64,000 nt of DNA from an uncultured delta proteobacterium (GTDB lineage Bacteria; Myxococcota_A; Polyangia; Polyangiales; Houyiibacteriaceae), in the NCBI GenBank assembly GCA_963699755.1, contig CAVOVB010000005.1:1-64000 (forward strand). The letters are read 5' to 3'. The translations under genes were made by a program, and so were the position numbers. Below, piece after piece: positions 9,204-20,592 of the stretch; position 1 is the stretch's first letter, and each line of letters starts with the position of its first letter. The notes under the pieces are model-generated. The model was not told the origin of the DNA. It was given only the letters and a program-made list of their open reading frames with translations, and made no database searches.

Positions 9204-11036
9204 TCACGCCGACTTGCCGACCACGCCCTTGAACATGCGCTGCGTGCGGCCGAGCGACTCCAGCTCGTCCTTGAGTCCCCCGATGTCGCCTCGTTCGAGC
9301 AGCGTGCGGGCATTGTCGACCACGCCCCTGGCTTTGTCGATGGCGTCGCGCCCGAAGTCACTGCCAGCGACGATTGACTCGACCTCCGGAAAGAGGCGTT
9401 CGATCTCGGCCATCAGTGTTTCGGCTTCCTGCCGGACCTTTTCGGAAGCCTCGTCCTGACGTCGAGAAACTGCGAAGTCCGAAGCGTCCACCATCATCTC
9501 GTTGATTTCGTCCTCGGTGAGGCCGCTGGTCGCCGTCACCGTGATCGACTGCTCTTTTCCGGTCTCGACGTCCTTCGCGTGCACGCTGACGATACCGTCG
9601 GCGTTGATCTCGAAGGTTACCTCGACCTCGACCTGGCCCGCAGGTGCACGGCGAAGGCCGGTCAAGATGAACTCGCCTAGCAGCTCGTTGTCCTCCGCGC
9701 GTCGCGACTCGCCCTGCAGGACAAGGATCTTCACGGCCGTCTGGTTGTCGCGCACCGTGGTGAACGGCTTGCTGCGCGACGTCGGGACGGTCGTGTTCTG
9801 CGGAATGAGCTCTTCGAAGTAGCCGCCGACGACCATGATCCCAAGCGTGTGCGGAGTCACGTCGAGCAAAACCATGTCCATCTCGGGCGAATCGTCGACG
9901 AGCGCGGCGCCTTGAATCGATGCGCCAAGTCCGACGACCTCGTCAGGGTGAACGCCCTTGCAGGGGTCACGCTGAAAAAACTTGCTAACCCGTTCTTGCA
10001 CCTTTGGCATTCGGGTCATGCCGCCAACGAGAATGACGTCCTCGATTTCGTCTTTGTCGAGACCCGCTTCGCCGAGCGTGAGCTCGCAAATCTGAATCGT
10101 GCGGTCGACCAGGTCTGCGGTCAGCTCTTCGAGCGTAGCGCGGGTGAGTAGACGCTGAAGATGGAGTGCCTCATTGCGCGCGCTCGAAATGATGAAGGGC
10201 AGGTTTACCTCGGTTTCGGTGACCGCCGAGAGCTCGCACTTCGCTTTCTCCGCCGCGTCCTTGAGCCGCTGGAGCGCCATGCGGTCTTGCCGGAGATCGA
10301 TTCCGTGCTCGTGTTGGAAGCCCTCGACGAGCCAGTCGATCACGCGCTGGTCGAAATCCTCGCCGCCGAGGAACGTGTCACCGGCCGTACTGATGACCTT
10401 GAACACACCGGTGCTCGCAATCTCCAGGATCGAGATGTCGAAGGTGCCGCCGCCCAGATCGAAGACCGCGACGGTGCGATCGATGTTCTTGCCAAAGCCG
10501 TACGCGAGCGCAGCCGAAGTTGGCTCGTTGATGATGCGAATCACGTCGAGGCCAGCGATTGCGCCAGCATCCTTGGTTGCTTGCCGCTGGTTGTCGTTGA
10601 AGTAGGCGGGTACGGTCACGACGACCTTGTCGACCTCTTCACCGAGGTAGTCTTCGGCGACCATCTTCATTTCCTGAAGGACCATCGCGCTGATCTCAGG
10701 GATGCTGTAGACCTTGTCCCGCATCTTGATGCGGCAGTCGCCATGTGGGCCTTCGACGATGTGGAACGGTGTGGTCTGAATCGCGTTCTTGACCTGCGGC
10801 GTGTCCCACTTTCGGCCGATGAGCCGCTTGCAGGCGAACACCGTGTTCTCGGCATTGGTCACGGCCTGTCGCTTTGCGATATGGCCCACCAAACGCTTGC
10901 CTCCCTCGGTCACGGCCACCATCGACGGGGTGACCTTGTATCCCCCTCGATTTGCGATGACCACGGGCGTGCCGCTTTCGACGACGGCGACGCACGAGTT
11001 GAACGTACCTAGGTCAATCCCGATGACTCTTTCCAT
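9204..11036 (-). CDS. dnaK: Hsp70/DnaK-family chaperone (probable paralogue)
   Basis: IGIDLGT, TVPAYFND, RIINEPT, DLGGGTFD, LGGEDFD; 610 aa with a short C-terminus; no grpE or canonical dnaJ adjacent. Confidence 0.92.
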   Translation of the reverse strand: MERVIGIDLGTFNSCVAVVESGTPVVIANRGGYKVTPSMVAVTEGGKRLVGHIAKRQAVTNAENTVFACKRLIGRKWDTPQVKNAIQTTPFHIVEGPHGDCRIKMRDKVYSIPEISAMVLQEMKMVAEDYLGEEVDKVVVTVPAYFNDNQRQATKDAGAIAGLDVIRIINEPTSAALAYGFGKNIDRTVAVFDLGGGTFDISILEIASTGVFKVISTAGDTFLGGEDFDQRVIDWLVEGFQHEHGIDLRQDRMALQRLKDAAEKAKCELSAVTETEVNLPFIISSARNEALHLQRLLTRATLEELTADLVDRTIQICELTLGEAGLDKDEIEDVILVGGMTRMPKVQERVSKFFQRDPCKGVHPDEVVGLGASIQGAALVDDSPEMDMVLLDVTPHTLGIMVVGGYFEELIPQNTTVPTSRSKPFTTVRDNQTAVKILVLQGESRRAEDNELLGEFILTGLRRAPAGQVEVEVTFEINADGIVSVHAKDVETGKEQSITVTATSGLTEDEINEMMVDASDFAVSRRQDEASEKVRQEAETLMAEIERLFPEVESIVAGSDFGRDAIDKARGVVDNARTLLERGDIGGLKDELESLGRTQRMFKGVVGKSA

Positions 11037-11071
11037 GCCCCACTTCCAAGCGCTCCGATGCGTTTGTCACA

Positions 11072-12499
11072 TCACCCCCCGAGCTGCTTCCTAAGATTTT
11101 TCACCATCTCGTGGCCCGGGTCCAGCTTTGCAGCCTCGTCGAGCTCTTTTGCCGCACTGTTGTCCATGCCGGCCTGGATGTAGATTCGGGCCAGGAGCAG
11201 GCGCGCTTCGAGGGAATCCGGAGCCAACTCGAGGCTCCGTTGTGCGAAATCGCGGGCTTTTCGTAGGTCACCACCTGCGCTCAAGAGCGCCCTGGCGGCC
11301 CGGCGAGGCGCAATTGGATCCTCCGGCACAGCGTCGGCCACCTTCGCCCAGGAAATGCTGGCAGCGGCCCAAAGATTGTTGTTTTCCTCGTAGCTGGCCT
11401 GCTCCCGATGGATGTCGACGAGTTGCACGCGCAGGTGCGAGTTGACGCGGCGGTACTGTTCCTGAATGTCGCGGCGACTGGAATCCAAGGTGATGGCCAT
11501 TCTCAGTGCCGTGGCCGCGGCCGCCAGGTCGCCTTGAGCCTCTGCTAGCCGCGCCGACTCGATGTGGTGTTCTGCGCGGTCAACGCCACCGGTGAGCCCA
11601 GCGGTATGCTTGAGTGAGCGAGTGAGATCCCGGAGCGCGGTTTTCGCACCGACCTTGGTGGTGGGTGCAGGCATCGATCGCACCGATTCCTTCTTCTTCG
11701 ACGGCTGGATGGATCGGCCTCCAAGCCTTCGCTCGAGCAGCTCGCGTTTGCGCTGCATGCGATCGTACTCCGGCGTCCCGGGTATGGCGCGAACCGGTTG
11801 CTTCGATGGAGCCTGACTTGGCTGCCACTGCCTGGACGCAGCCGCCGCGTCGATCGGCCCGGCTTGGCGTTCTACGATGGGCGGTCGCGTGAGAGCCCTG
11901 GACATGGCCTCCGCACGTTCCTCGACACGGCTGATCTTCTCCTCGGCCGCGGACACAGCGATGCTTCTCTCGAGATACTGATCGTATGCCTCGCGCTTCT
12001 TCTGGCGACCGAGTGCTTCATACGCATCGGTGATCTTGCGAAAGATCACTTCCATCTGCGCTTTGAAAGAACCAAGGTGCTTTCCGTAGTAGGAGTCGGG
12101 GTGGAAGGTCTTGGAAAGCTCAAAGTACGCCTTGCGAATCTCGGCGCGGTCGGCATCCCTCGCTACCCCGAGAAGCTCGTAGTGGTTGAGCCTGTCAGCA
12201 CGTTTGAAAGTTCGTACGATCTTCTCTTGGAGCGCTTGGTCGATCTCCACATCCTCGATCAGCTGCGGCGCGGGTGGCGCACTAGAGATCTTGGGGCTGA
12301 CCCACTCGACGACCCCCAACGAGATCAGCCGCTCGATCGACTCGGAGACGCGCCCAGATTCGAGCACGATAAGGTCGGAGATGTCGTCGACGTTGAGGAC
12401 GCCGTCGATGCAGGAGTGCACGAACGCCTCCTCCGGGCTCATCTCGAGCGCCGTCACGTCCACCCCTTCGATCGGTCGTGGAACCCTCTCCTCCGACAT
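11072..12499 (-). CDS. Atypical J-domain protein with C-terminal TPR repeats
   Basis: NHYELLGV...EIRKAYFELSKTFHPD...ITDAYEAL J-domain with HPD; TPR-like helices at the C-terminus. Confidence 0.88.
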   Translation of the reverse strand: MSEERVPRPIEGVDVTALEMSPEEAFVHSCIDGVLNVDDISDLIVLESGRVSESIERLISLGVVEWVSPKISSAPPAPQLIEDVEIDQALQEKIVRTFKRADRLNHYELLGVARDADRAEIRKAYFELSKTFHPDSYYGKHLGSFKAQMEVIFRKITDAYEALGRQKKREAYDQYLERSIAVSAAEEKISRVEERAEAMSRALTRPPIVERQAGPIDAAAASRQWQPSQAPSKQPVRAIPGTPEYDRMQRKRELLERRLGGRSIQPSKKKESVRSMPAPTTKVGAKTALRDLTRSLKHTAGLTGGVDRAEHHIESARLAEAQGDLAAAATALRMAITLDSSRRDIQEQYRRVNSHLRVQLVDIHREQASYEENNNLWAAASISWAKVADAVPEDPIAPRRAARALLSAGGDLRKARDFAQRSLELAPDSLEARLLLARIYIQAGMDNSAAKELDEAAKLDPGHEMVKNLRKQLGG

Positions 12500-12559
12500 C
12501 GACTGCTTAACTGCCCCTCCCTTCGATAGTCTAGCGCGACGCCTCGGGAAGCACCCACT

Positions 12560-13476
<917 letters not shown>

Positions 13477-13480
<4 letters not shown>

Positions 13481-14688
13481 GGCTTCCTCGGAGCGTCGGA
13501 AAGGACTTTCTCCAAGATCGATAGACCTTCGTCGAGCTCGTCTCGCGTGACGTTGAGCGCCGGTGAGATTCTGACGACGTTGCCGCCAGCGAGCGTGAGC
13601 AGCAGCCCAGCCCCATGAAGTGCAGCGAGCGTCGCTCCAGGATCCACATCGTCGGCCAGAACGATGCCTCGCAGTAAGCCCAGGCCCCGAGTGCCCGAGG
13701 TGCTGGAGAGACGGGCATCGAGCTCGGCGAGCCGACCAGCCAGATACTCCCCGAGGCGCTCCGCATTTTCGACGAGCCCTTCTTCATCAATGATGTGCAG
13801 CACGGCAAGGCCCGCGGCACAGGCGAGCGGGTTCCCGCCAAAGGTGCTGGCGTGGCTCCCCGGAGGAAGGCCTCCGGCGAAGCGCTCGGTGACCGCCATC
13901 GCGCCGAGTGGAAAGCCGCCGCCGATGCCTTTCGCAAGCGAGCAGGCGTCTGGGACGGTATCGAACCATTCTTGTGCGAGGAAGCGGCCAGTTCGACCGT
14001 ATCCGGTTTGGATCTCGTCGAAAAAGAGCAAGGCGCCCCGCTCGTCACAAACGCGGCGCGCCCCTCTCACGAACTCCTCCGTGCCGACGATGATCCCACC
14101 CTCGGCTTGAATCAGCTCGAAGATCACCGCGGCGGTCCGGTCCGTCACTGCAGCGTCGAGGGCGGCGAGATCATTGAAGTCGACGAAGCGCACGCCCTGC
14201 AACAAGGGCTGCATTCCGACGTGGTATTTGGGTTGTCCGGTCAGCGAGAGCGAGCCCATCGTCCTGCCGTGAAAGCTCTTATGTGTGGAGACGAGCTCGG
14301 TCCGCTTCTCGTCACTGCGGTCGTGGTGGTAGCGGCGCGCGAGCTTGAGCAAGGACTCATTGGCTTCGGAGCCGCTATTGCAGAAATAGACCTTATCGAA
14401 CGGAGTCCGCCTGCAAATCGCTTCCGCGAGCTCGATGGCACGGTCGTTGTAGAAGACGTTCGAGACGTGCATCAGTCGAGCTGCTTGATCGGCAATCGCG
14501 GCGCTCAGGGTCGGGTGGCTGTGCCCCACCGAAAGGACGGAAATCCCTCCGGAGAGGTCCAGATACTCGCGGCCGGACGCATCGGTCACGCGACGGCCGC
14601 GCCCATGCGTCAGAACGAAGGGCGCAGGCGCGTAGTTACCGAGCTGAACCTCTTTAGCGGTCCGGAGCATGTCATCCTGCCTGGTCAT
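13477..14688 (-). CDS. argD: Acetylornithine aminotransferase
   Basis: NSGSEANE, SFHGRT, FDEIQTGYGRTG, AKGIGGG, HASTFGGNP; lies between argB and argF. Confidence 0.93.
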
Positions 14689-14756
14689 GCGATGCCTTTT
14701 GGGAAGCTCGCGACATACCACCATTGCTCTGGGCCGTCGAGCCTGGCTCGGCGGGC

Positions 14757-15626
14757 TCAGCGAGTGATTTCAGTGCCGATGCCTTCGTCGGTGAAGATCT
14801 CGAGGAGCACCGCATGACGCACCCGCCCATCGATGATGTGCACCTTGCGGACGCCCCCGGCTAAGGCGCTCAAGGCACAGTCGACTTTCGGGATCATTCC
14901 GCCTTCAATCACGCCTAGCTGCTTGAGAGCGTCGATCTCCGATGCGCTGAGCGAGCTCGCGACTTCGCCGTCTTTGGCTCGCACGCCTTCGATGTCGGTG
15001 AGCAGGACGAGCTTCCTCGCCGAAAGCGCCTCCGCGACCTTGCCCGCGACCGTGTCAGCATTGACGTTGAGCGATTTGCCTTCGGCGTCGACCGCTATCG
15101 GCGCGATGACCGGAATGAAGCCGTCTTCGACGAGTCGACGAAGAATGTCCGGATTGACGTGGGTAACGGTGCCGACGCGGCCCGGATCGACCCAGCTCCC
15201 GCTCTTAGTCTTCATTTTGTCGACCTTCTTCGCCCGGAGGAAGGCGTCGTCCTTGCCGGTGAGCCCAATCGGCCGCCCTCCGTGGCCGGCGATGAGTGAG
15301 ACGATTTCCGAGTTGACCTTGCCGCCGAGGACCATCTCGACGACCTCCATCGTATGCTCGGTCGTCACGCGAAGCCCTTCCAGGCGCTGCGACACCACGC
15401 CGAGGGCTTTGAGCATATCGTCGATCTGCGGCCCTCCACCGTGCACCACCACCGGATGCAGCCCGACGTATTTCATCAGTACGACATCGCGCGCAAAGCT
15501 ATCCCGCAACTCGGGATCGACCATGGCGTTGCCACCGTACTTGATGACGAAGATGTCCCCATGGAAGCTCCGAATGTAGGGAAGCGCCTCTTGAAGGGTT
15601 GCGGCTTTCCGGATCAGGTCGTCCAC
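14757..15626 (-). CDS. argB: Acetylglutamate kinase
   Basis: [37 protein letters not shown] start inferred. Confidence 0.95.
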   Translation of the reverse strand: MDDLIRKAATLQEALPYIRSFHGDIFVIKYGGNAMVDPELRDSFARDVVLMKYVGLHPVVVHGGGPQIDDMLKALGVVSQRLEGLRVTTEHTMEVVEMVLGGKVNSEIVSLIAGHGGRPIGLTGKDDAFLRAKKVDKMKTKSGSWVDPGRVGTVTHVNPDILRRLVEDGFIPVIAPIAVDAEGKSLNVNADTVAGKVAEALSARKLVLLTDIEGVRAKDGEVASSLSASEIDALKQLGVIEGGMIPKVDCALSALAGGVRKVHIIDGRVRHAVLLEIFTDEGIGTEITR

Positions 15627-15952
15627 GCGACGGCGTATAGCAGACAACCGGGGCGCGGAAAGAAGGCCCGACAAGGAGACGCTCGCGTGGGGGCGGCGGC
15701 GTGGGCGATCCGATGCGGGCGATCGCGCGCTCGTCGGGCATTGCGATTGCACGTGTCAACAGCAACGACTGCCAAGTCCAAGAGGCTCGAAGTAAGTCAG
15801 CATGATGCTCGGCCGAGCCGTAGACGGCCTCATCTCCGGCGGCGAGACTGGGTTCTCCATCCCGAGCTGCTTCTTCCTCGCCGAGGTACGCGCGAAGCTC
15901 CGATCTCATCTGCTCTAAAGAGCGACTCGCTTGCACTCACTTTGATGCGTGC

Positions 15953-15976
15953 TGTGCCGTTGTGAGTCACGGCACA
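15953..15976. promoter_or_regulatory. Palindromic site TGTGCCGT-N8-ACGGCACA, candidate enhancer for a sigma54 activator
   Basis: Perfect 8-bp inverted repeat about 75-100 bp upstream of the sigma54-type motif, with an AT-rich tract in between. Confidence 0.45.
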
Positions 15977-16051
15977 ATTCCTCGGGCATCGACGTCTCAT
16001 GACAGGGCTTATTTTTTAGGACTTATCGCGTTTTTCCGAGCCGACACGGTT

Positions 16052-16067
16052 TGGCACGACTGCTGCT
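16052..16067 (+). promoter_or_regulatory. Sigma54 (-24/-12)-type promoter of the S8 protease gene
   Basis: TGGCACGACTGCTGCT: GG (16053-54) and GC (16065-66) at canonical spacing, 55 nt before the ATG. Confidence 0.6.
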
Positions 16068-16121
16068 CTAGTGCTCCTCGTCCACCCGAGGCCCAGCGGC
16101 CTCCCAACGAGGAGCAGAATC

Positions 16122-18695
16122 ATGAGAACGCATTTCACTTCCTTCACTTCGCGAGTCCTTGCCCTTTTTCTTTTCATCTCGCTCATCGCATGCGGTGGCG
16201 GCAGCACCAAGACAAGCGACCCGAGATTCGAGGTCGACGACTCCCTCGAGCCCGAGGTCCCGACGCTGCGCTTCATCGACGATTCGGACGAACGGCCCGT
16301 CGCGGTGATCGCGGACGACCGCGGAAGACGGGTCGACTTCGTCGAGGACGAGGTGATTCTCGCCATCGAAGACCGTGACGCGCTGCCCGGGATCATCGAG
16401 CGGCTCAATGGCACGGTGCTGCGCCAGATCGATCCGGTTCTGCGCGGTGCGCCTGCGGACACACCGCTGTTCGTGCTGCTTCGGATCGACCCAAGCGAGG
16501 CGGACCCTGAAGAGCTTCGCGAGCTCATCCTCAGCAGCGAGGGTGAGAACGCGAGGCACCATCGTGTCTCTTCACAGCGAGCGCTAGACTCGCTGACAGC
16601 GATGGCGCGCGAGTCGGTCGGCGAGGGCACTGAGCTCGGCGCCAACTTCCTGTTCACCTATGACGGCTTGAGTGAGCGGGAGACTGCCGAGGCAGCCATC
16701 GGGAGCGGCGGAGGGTACTCGCCCAACGCGTTCGAGCTCCCATACATGGATCTCGGTTCCGCGCAGGACATCGGCGCGGCCGAAGCGGCCCGCATGGTGC
16801 ATGACGCTGGACGGGTCCCAGCAGATGGCAGCAAGGTCGAGCTGTTGATCATGGACGGCGGCTTCTTGAACCTTCCGGACTACCCGGCGGCCGAGATGAT
16901 CCCACGTGGGCGTTTCTCGCAGCCTAACCCCAACAGCTGCGGCGGAAGCGACTGCTTCTGGCATGGCACCAACGTGGCGTCGGCTGCGCTCGGGATCTTC
17001 GATGACGGCATCGGTGCGGCTGGCCCTGCCTCGGAGGTCGTTCGGCCGATCTTCGCGCAGAGCCCCAACCCCAACCTCTGGGACTACCTCGAGTACATCT
17101 TCGACACGGTCCCCAGCGCGATTGGTCATTTCCCGGAGATCGTGAACATTTCGGCATCGGGGAACATCCCGGCAGGCCTTTGTCTGGTTGGGGTCTGCAC
17201 TGCGGTCAACGTAGTCGCGCGCTCCGTCCGGGCCGCGGGCATTCTCGTCTTTGCGTCTGCCGGTAATGACAGCGCAAACGTCGACGCGGAAGATTGCTTC
17301 CTTGCCTGCTGGGAAGAGGAGTACCGCGTACCTTGCGAGGCGCCGGGTGTCATCTGCGTCGGCGGCTTGCAACACGACACGAACACCAAAGCGGGCGGCA
17401 GCGCGTACGGACGCAAGCAACGGGAGTCAGCGGACTCTGTCGACATCTACGCCCCCTACTCCGTTTTCGTACACGACACGCCGAGCGACTCGAGCATCAT
17501 TGCGCCGTCGACGAACGCGGTGCTCAAGTCCGGCACTTCGTTCTCATCTCCCTTCGCCGCGGGGATCGGAGCGCTGATTAAGGCCGCCAATCCGAGCCTC
17601 AACGCCGCGGGGATCTGGGAGGTGATGCGGGACACTGCACATACCTCTGACCGGGTAGACATGCACCGCTGGGTCGATGCCTTCGGCGCCATTCACCGAG
17701 CGCTTGGCGATGCGGCGCCGCCCCACGTGCGCATCCTGGCGCCGACCGCCGACGGCAGCTACACCTTCGGGGGTTCGAGCGTTCCGCTGAGCTGCGAGGT
17801 GGATGACCCGGACGGCATGGGCGACGTCGAAGTGAGCTGGACCAGCAGCCGCGATGGCATCATTTCAGACCGGGCCACGACCTCGTCGAACCGGCTGAGC
17901 GAAGGGGAGCACACGCTCACCTGCACGGCGACGGACGGCAGATTCACCGTCAGCGACTCGGTGACCATCTCGGTGAGTAACGTGGCGCCCACGGTGACGA
18001 TCACCAACCCGGACGTCGATGGGGCGCTTCGGTTTTACCGGGGTCAGTCGATCGGTCTCTCGGCCAGGGTCTTCGACATCAACGGCAACGAGGACAGGAG
18101 CACGGTTCGCTGGACCGCTTCACAAGACATCGAGCTTCGGTTCGGTGGGACGATCCCGTTTGCGTACTGGGATGGCGAAGGCTTGAGCGAGGTGATCGAG
18201 ACGGACTCGCTGCACGCCGGATTCTTCGACCTGACGGTGACCGTGCTCGACGAGGGCGGCCTTCGGGGCGTCGATACGATTCGGATCGAAATCGTGGACA
18301 ACCCCCCGGGCGACAACCTGCCGCCTACCATGACCGGTAACAGCGCGAGTATCGTTCCGTTGCCACTGGGGGACTTCGACGACCCGCCCGAGTCGTTCTG
18401 GCTCGACCAGTGCGACTACGACGCGGATGGGAACGGCCGCGTGGATAGCAACGATTTGTGTCAGCGCATTCGCTTCACCCCCACCGTGCTCGACGACCAT
18501 GACGCGCCTGGCGACATGACCTACGAGTGGACGGTTCAGCGATACGGCGAACTCGCCGAAACCTATCCGGGCACTGAAACATTCGAAGGCGACTTCGAGT
18601 ACGGGACGTACACGGTGACCGTCTGGGCGACCGACACCGAGGGCTTGCGAAGCGCGCCCTGGAGCTGGACCTTCCATGTCACCACCCTGATCTAG
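16122..18695 (+). CDS. S8 (subtilisin-like) serine protease lipoprotein with C-terminal Ig/PKD-like domains
   Basis: Lipobox LIAC; catalytic D (IMDGG), H (WHGT), oxyanion SAGN, S (SGTSFSSP); beta-rich repeats and a DxDxDG Ca-binding-like loop; GGAG RBS. Confidence 0.88.
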   Translation: MRTHFTSFTSRVLALFLFISLIACGGGSTKTSDPRFEVDDSLEPEVPTLRFIDDSDERPVAVIADDRGRRVDFVEDEVILAIEDRDALPGIIERLNGTVLRQIDPVLRGAPADTPLFVLLRIDPSEADPEELRELILSSEGENARHHRVSSQRALDSLTAMARESVGEGTELGANFLFTYDGLSERETAEAAIGSGGGYSPNAFELPYMDLGSAQDIGAAEAARMVHDAGRVPADGSKVELLIMDGGFLNLPDYPAAEMIPRGRFSQPNPNSCGGSDCFWHGTNVASAALGIFDDGIGAAGPASEVVRPIFAQSPNPNLWDYLEYIFDTVPSAIGHFPEIVNISASGNIPAGLCLVGVCTAVNVVARSVRAAGILVFASAGNDSANVDAEDCFLACWEEEYRVPCEAPGVICVGGLQHDTNTKAGGSAYGRKQRESADSVDIYAPYSVFVHDTPSDSSIIAPSTNAVLKSGTSFSSPFAAGIGALIKAANPSLNAAGIWEVMRDTAHTSDRVDMHRWVDAFGAIHRALGDAAPPHVRILAPTADGSYTFGGSSVPLSCEVDDPDGMGDVEVSWTSSRDGIISDRATTSSNRLSEGEHTLTCTATDGRFTVSDSVTISVSNVAPTVTITNPDVDGALRFYRGQSIGLSARVFDINGNEDRSTVRWTASQDIELRFGGTIPFAYWDGEGLSEVIETDSLHAGFFDLTVTVLDEGGLRGVDTIRIEIVDNPPGDNLPPTMTGNSASIVPLPLGDFDDPPESFWLDQCDYDADGNGRVDSNDLCQRIRFTPTVLDDHDAPGDMTYEWTVQRYGELAETYPGTETFEGDFEYGTYTVTVWATDTEGLRSAPWSWTFHVTTLI

Positions 18696-18726
18696 AGGCA
18701 GGGCCCATCAGGCCGACAAACGGACA

Positions 18727-18772
18727 ACGCGCCGCGCGGGACCATCGTGTCCTGCGCGGCGCGTCATTTTTT
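18727..18772 (+). terminator. Rho-independent terminator
   Basis: 16-bp GC stem (18727-18742/18749-18764, one G-U pair) followed by a T6 tract, between convergent genes. Confidence 0.85.
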
Positions 18773-18799
18773 GCCGACGCCGAGATGAACGATCGCTGC

Positions 18800-20590
18800 C
18801 TACTTGCTATGGACCCGTTGGAGTCGACTCAGCGTGTCGAGGTCGTCGACGATCTGGCGAAGATTCTCGGCAAAGGCCTTTCGCCGTTGACGAATGTCTC
18901 GCCCAGTGCCTGCGACCAGGCCGCGGTGGTCGGCGAGCGTGAGCGCGTTCCGAAAAAGCTCGAGTGTCACGGACTCGGCGCTGTGGAGCTTGCCTTGAAG
19001 GACTTGCTGCTGGCCGAAGCCGAGACAGCGCTCGAGGAACTTGTCGTGGTCGACCTCGCGGTCGTGCGGCCAAAGAACGAGCTCGTCGGCGACCACACGA
19101 TAGGCATCGAAGAACGGCCGAAGGATGAGATGCGCTAGGTGCGGTCGTGACCGTTCAAACCAACGCTCGAGCTGTTCGCGCGTGACAACCGGCTCTCGAA
19201 CTCTCCGCCCCTCCCAATCCGGGTCGAAGAGCGCGACCTCGGCCCGGAGCTCTTCGTTGAAGTCGGCGCGCGAGGCGAAGAAGAACTCAAACTTGAGAAG
19301 CTGCCTCAAACTCATGGCGTAGTTCCAGATCGACTCGCGCAAATCGCCCGTCGAATGCTCGCGCGCCATGAAGGTCGCAAGCTCGGCGATGGCGCGATTC
19401 ACCAAGAGGTGAATGAGCGTATTGCGATAGAACGCGGCGACCAGATGCTGCTCGGGAGCGATGTACCAGACGGTCTGCTCGCCGCCGGTGAAGCAGCGCA
19501 GCACCCCCGACTCGGTCAGCTTGTCGAGCGCACCGCTGACCCATCCAGCATCTTCGAGTTGTGCGCCCAGGGTCGTCGGCGTCGTCGGATGGTCTCGGAG
19601 ATAGCCCAGGATCGGGGCCATGGCCTCGAGCGTTTCATCGAGCGTCAGAGCGCGCTCGGCGCCGAGGAGCGCGAAGGTGACGATGGCGGTTGGAATCGCA
19701 GGGGTGACGCGGTTGATTCGGTGACAGACTTCGACGGCGAAGCGCTCGACTTCCTTGCCGTTGACGCGAGGGTCGCGCTCGATTTCGCGGATGCGCTCAC
19801 GCATGCCGATCGGTTCGCCGAAGTCGATGCGAACGCCGCTCATTCGCCCGGGCTGCGTCCGCGCGAACCTCAGAAGCCAGGCAATACCTTCGGGCTTCTT
19901 GCTTCCTCCGAGTGCCTCAGCCGTCATCGAGGCGACCTCGGCAAGCTGCTCGTACACCACCGACACCGGCACCACCATCGCGTCGGGCCCCTCGCTTTGC
20001 CGTACCGCATCGACCACGTACCGCAACGCTCCATAACGCGGGGGGCGAAGCTTACCGGTTCGGCTTCGGCCTCCTTCAATCGACCAACTCAGGTTCTGGC
20101 CGGTTTCGACCAGATGGCCGAGGTAGGAACGAAGCGCGAAGCGGTAGACGGGGTTGTCCTGCGTGTCGCGACGGATGTAGAGCACTCCGGCTCGTCGCAG
20201 AATCGGCCCGATCGGCCAGAAGTCGAGGTTGTCGCCGCCGAGGACGTAGGCCGGCTTGATGCCAACCTCCTGCGCGACCTGTTCCAGGTAAAACATGTCG
20301 AGATAGGAACGGTGGGACGGAAGCCAGATGAGCGCGTGCTCCTGGTCGAGCTCGCGCAACCTGGCCAGAGATTCCCGGTCGACATCGATCCGATAGCGAC
20401 GTGAAAGGACGGCGCCGATCCCCCGATAGGCCGCGGTTGCAGCCGCGTCATGCCGGGCGATCATCTCGCCGAATGCGCGAATCGCCAAACGTTCGAGCTC
20501 GAGCGGTGACTTGCCGAGCTCTTCGGACAGTCTCGCCAGGCCGTCTTGAAAGCGATGGCTCCCCAGGATCTCGTGAACGATGGGCTCCAT
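18800..20590 (-). CDS. plsB: Glycerol-3-phosphate acyltransferase (PlsB-like)
   Basis: PSHRSYLD (HxxxxD), GVLYIRR, IEGGRSRTGKL, LKFEFFF. Confidence 0.85.
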   Translation of the reverse strand: MEPIVHEILGSHRFQDGLARLSEELGKSPLELERLAIRAFGEMIARHDAAATAAYRGIGAVLSRRYRIDVDRESLARLRELDQEHALIWLPSHRSYLDMFYLEQVAQEVGIKPAYVLGGDNLDFWPIGPILRRAGVLYIRRDTQDNPVYRFALRSYLGHLVETGQNLSWSIEGGRSRTGKLRPPRYGALRYVVDAVRQSEGPDAMVVPVSVVYEQLAEVASMTAEALGGSKKPEGIAWLLRFARTQPGRMSGVRIDFGEPIGMRERIREIERDPRVNGKEVERFAVEVCHRINRVTPAIPTAIVTFALLGAERALTLDETLEAMAPILGYLRDHPTTPTTLGAQLEDAGWVSGALDKLTESGVLRCFTGGEQTVWYIAPEQHLVAAFYRNTLIHLLVNRAIAELATFMAREHSTGDLRESIWNYAMSLRQLLKFEFFFASRADFNEELRAEVALFDPDWEGRRVREPVVTREQLERWFERSRPHLAHLILRPFFDAYRVVADELVLWPHDREVDHDKFLERCLGFGQQQVLQGKLHSAESVTLELFRNALTLADHRGLVAGTGRDIRQRRKAFAENLRQIVDDLDTLSRLQRVHSK

Positions 20591-20592
20591 GC

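Noticed and set aside
15499..15936. 145-aa minus-strand ORF upstream of argB
   Set aside because: Overlaps argB, no motif or clear RBS; cannot be supported.
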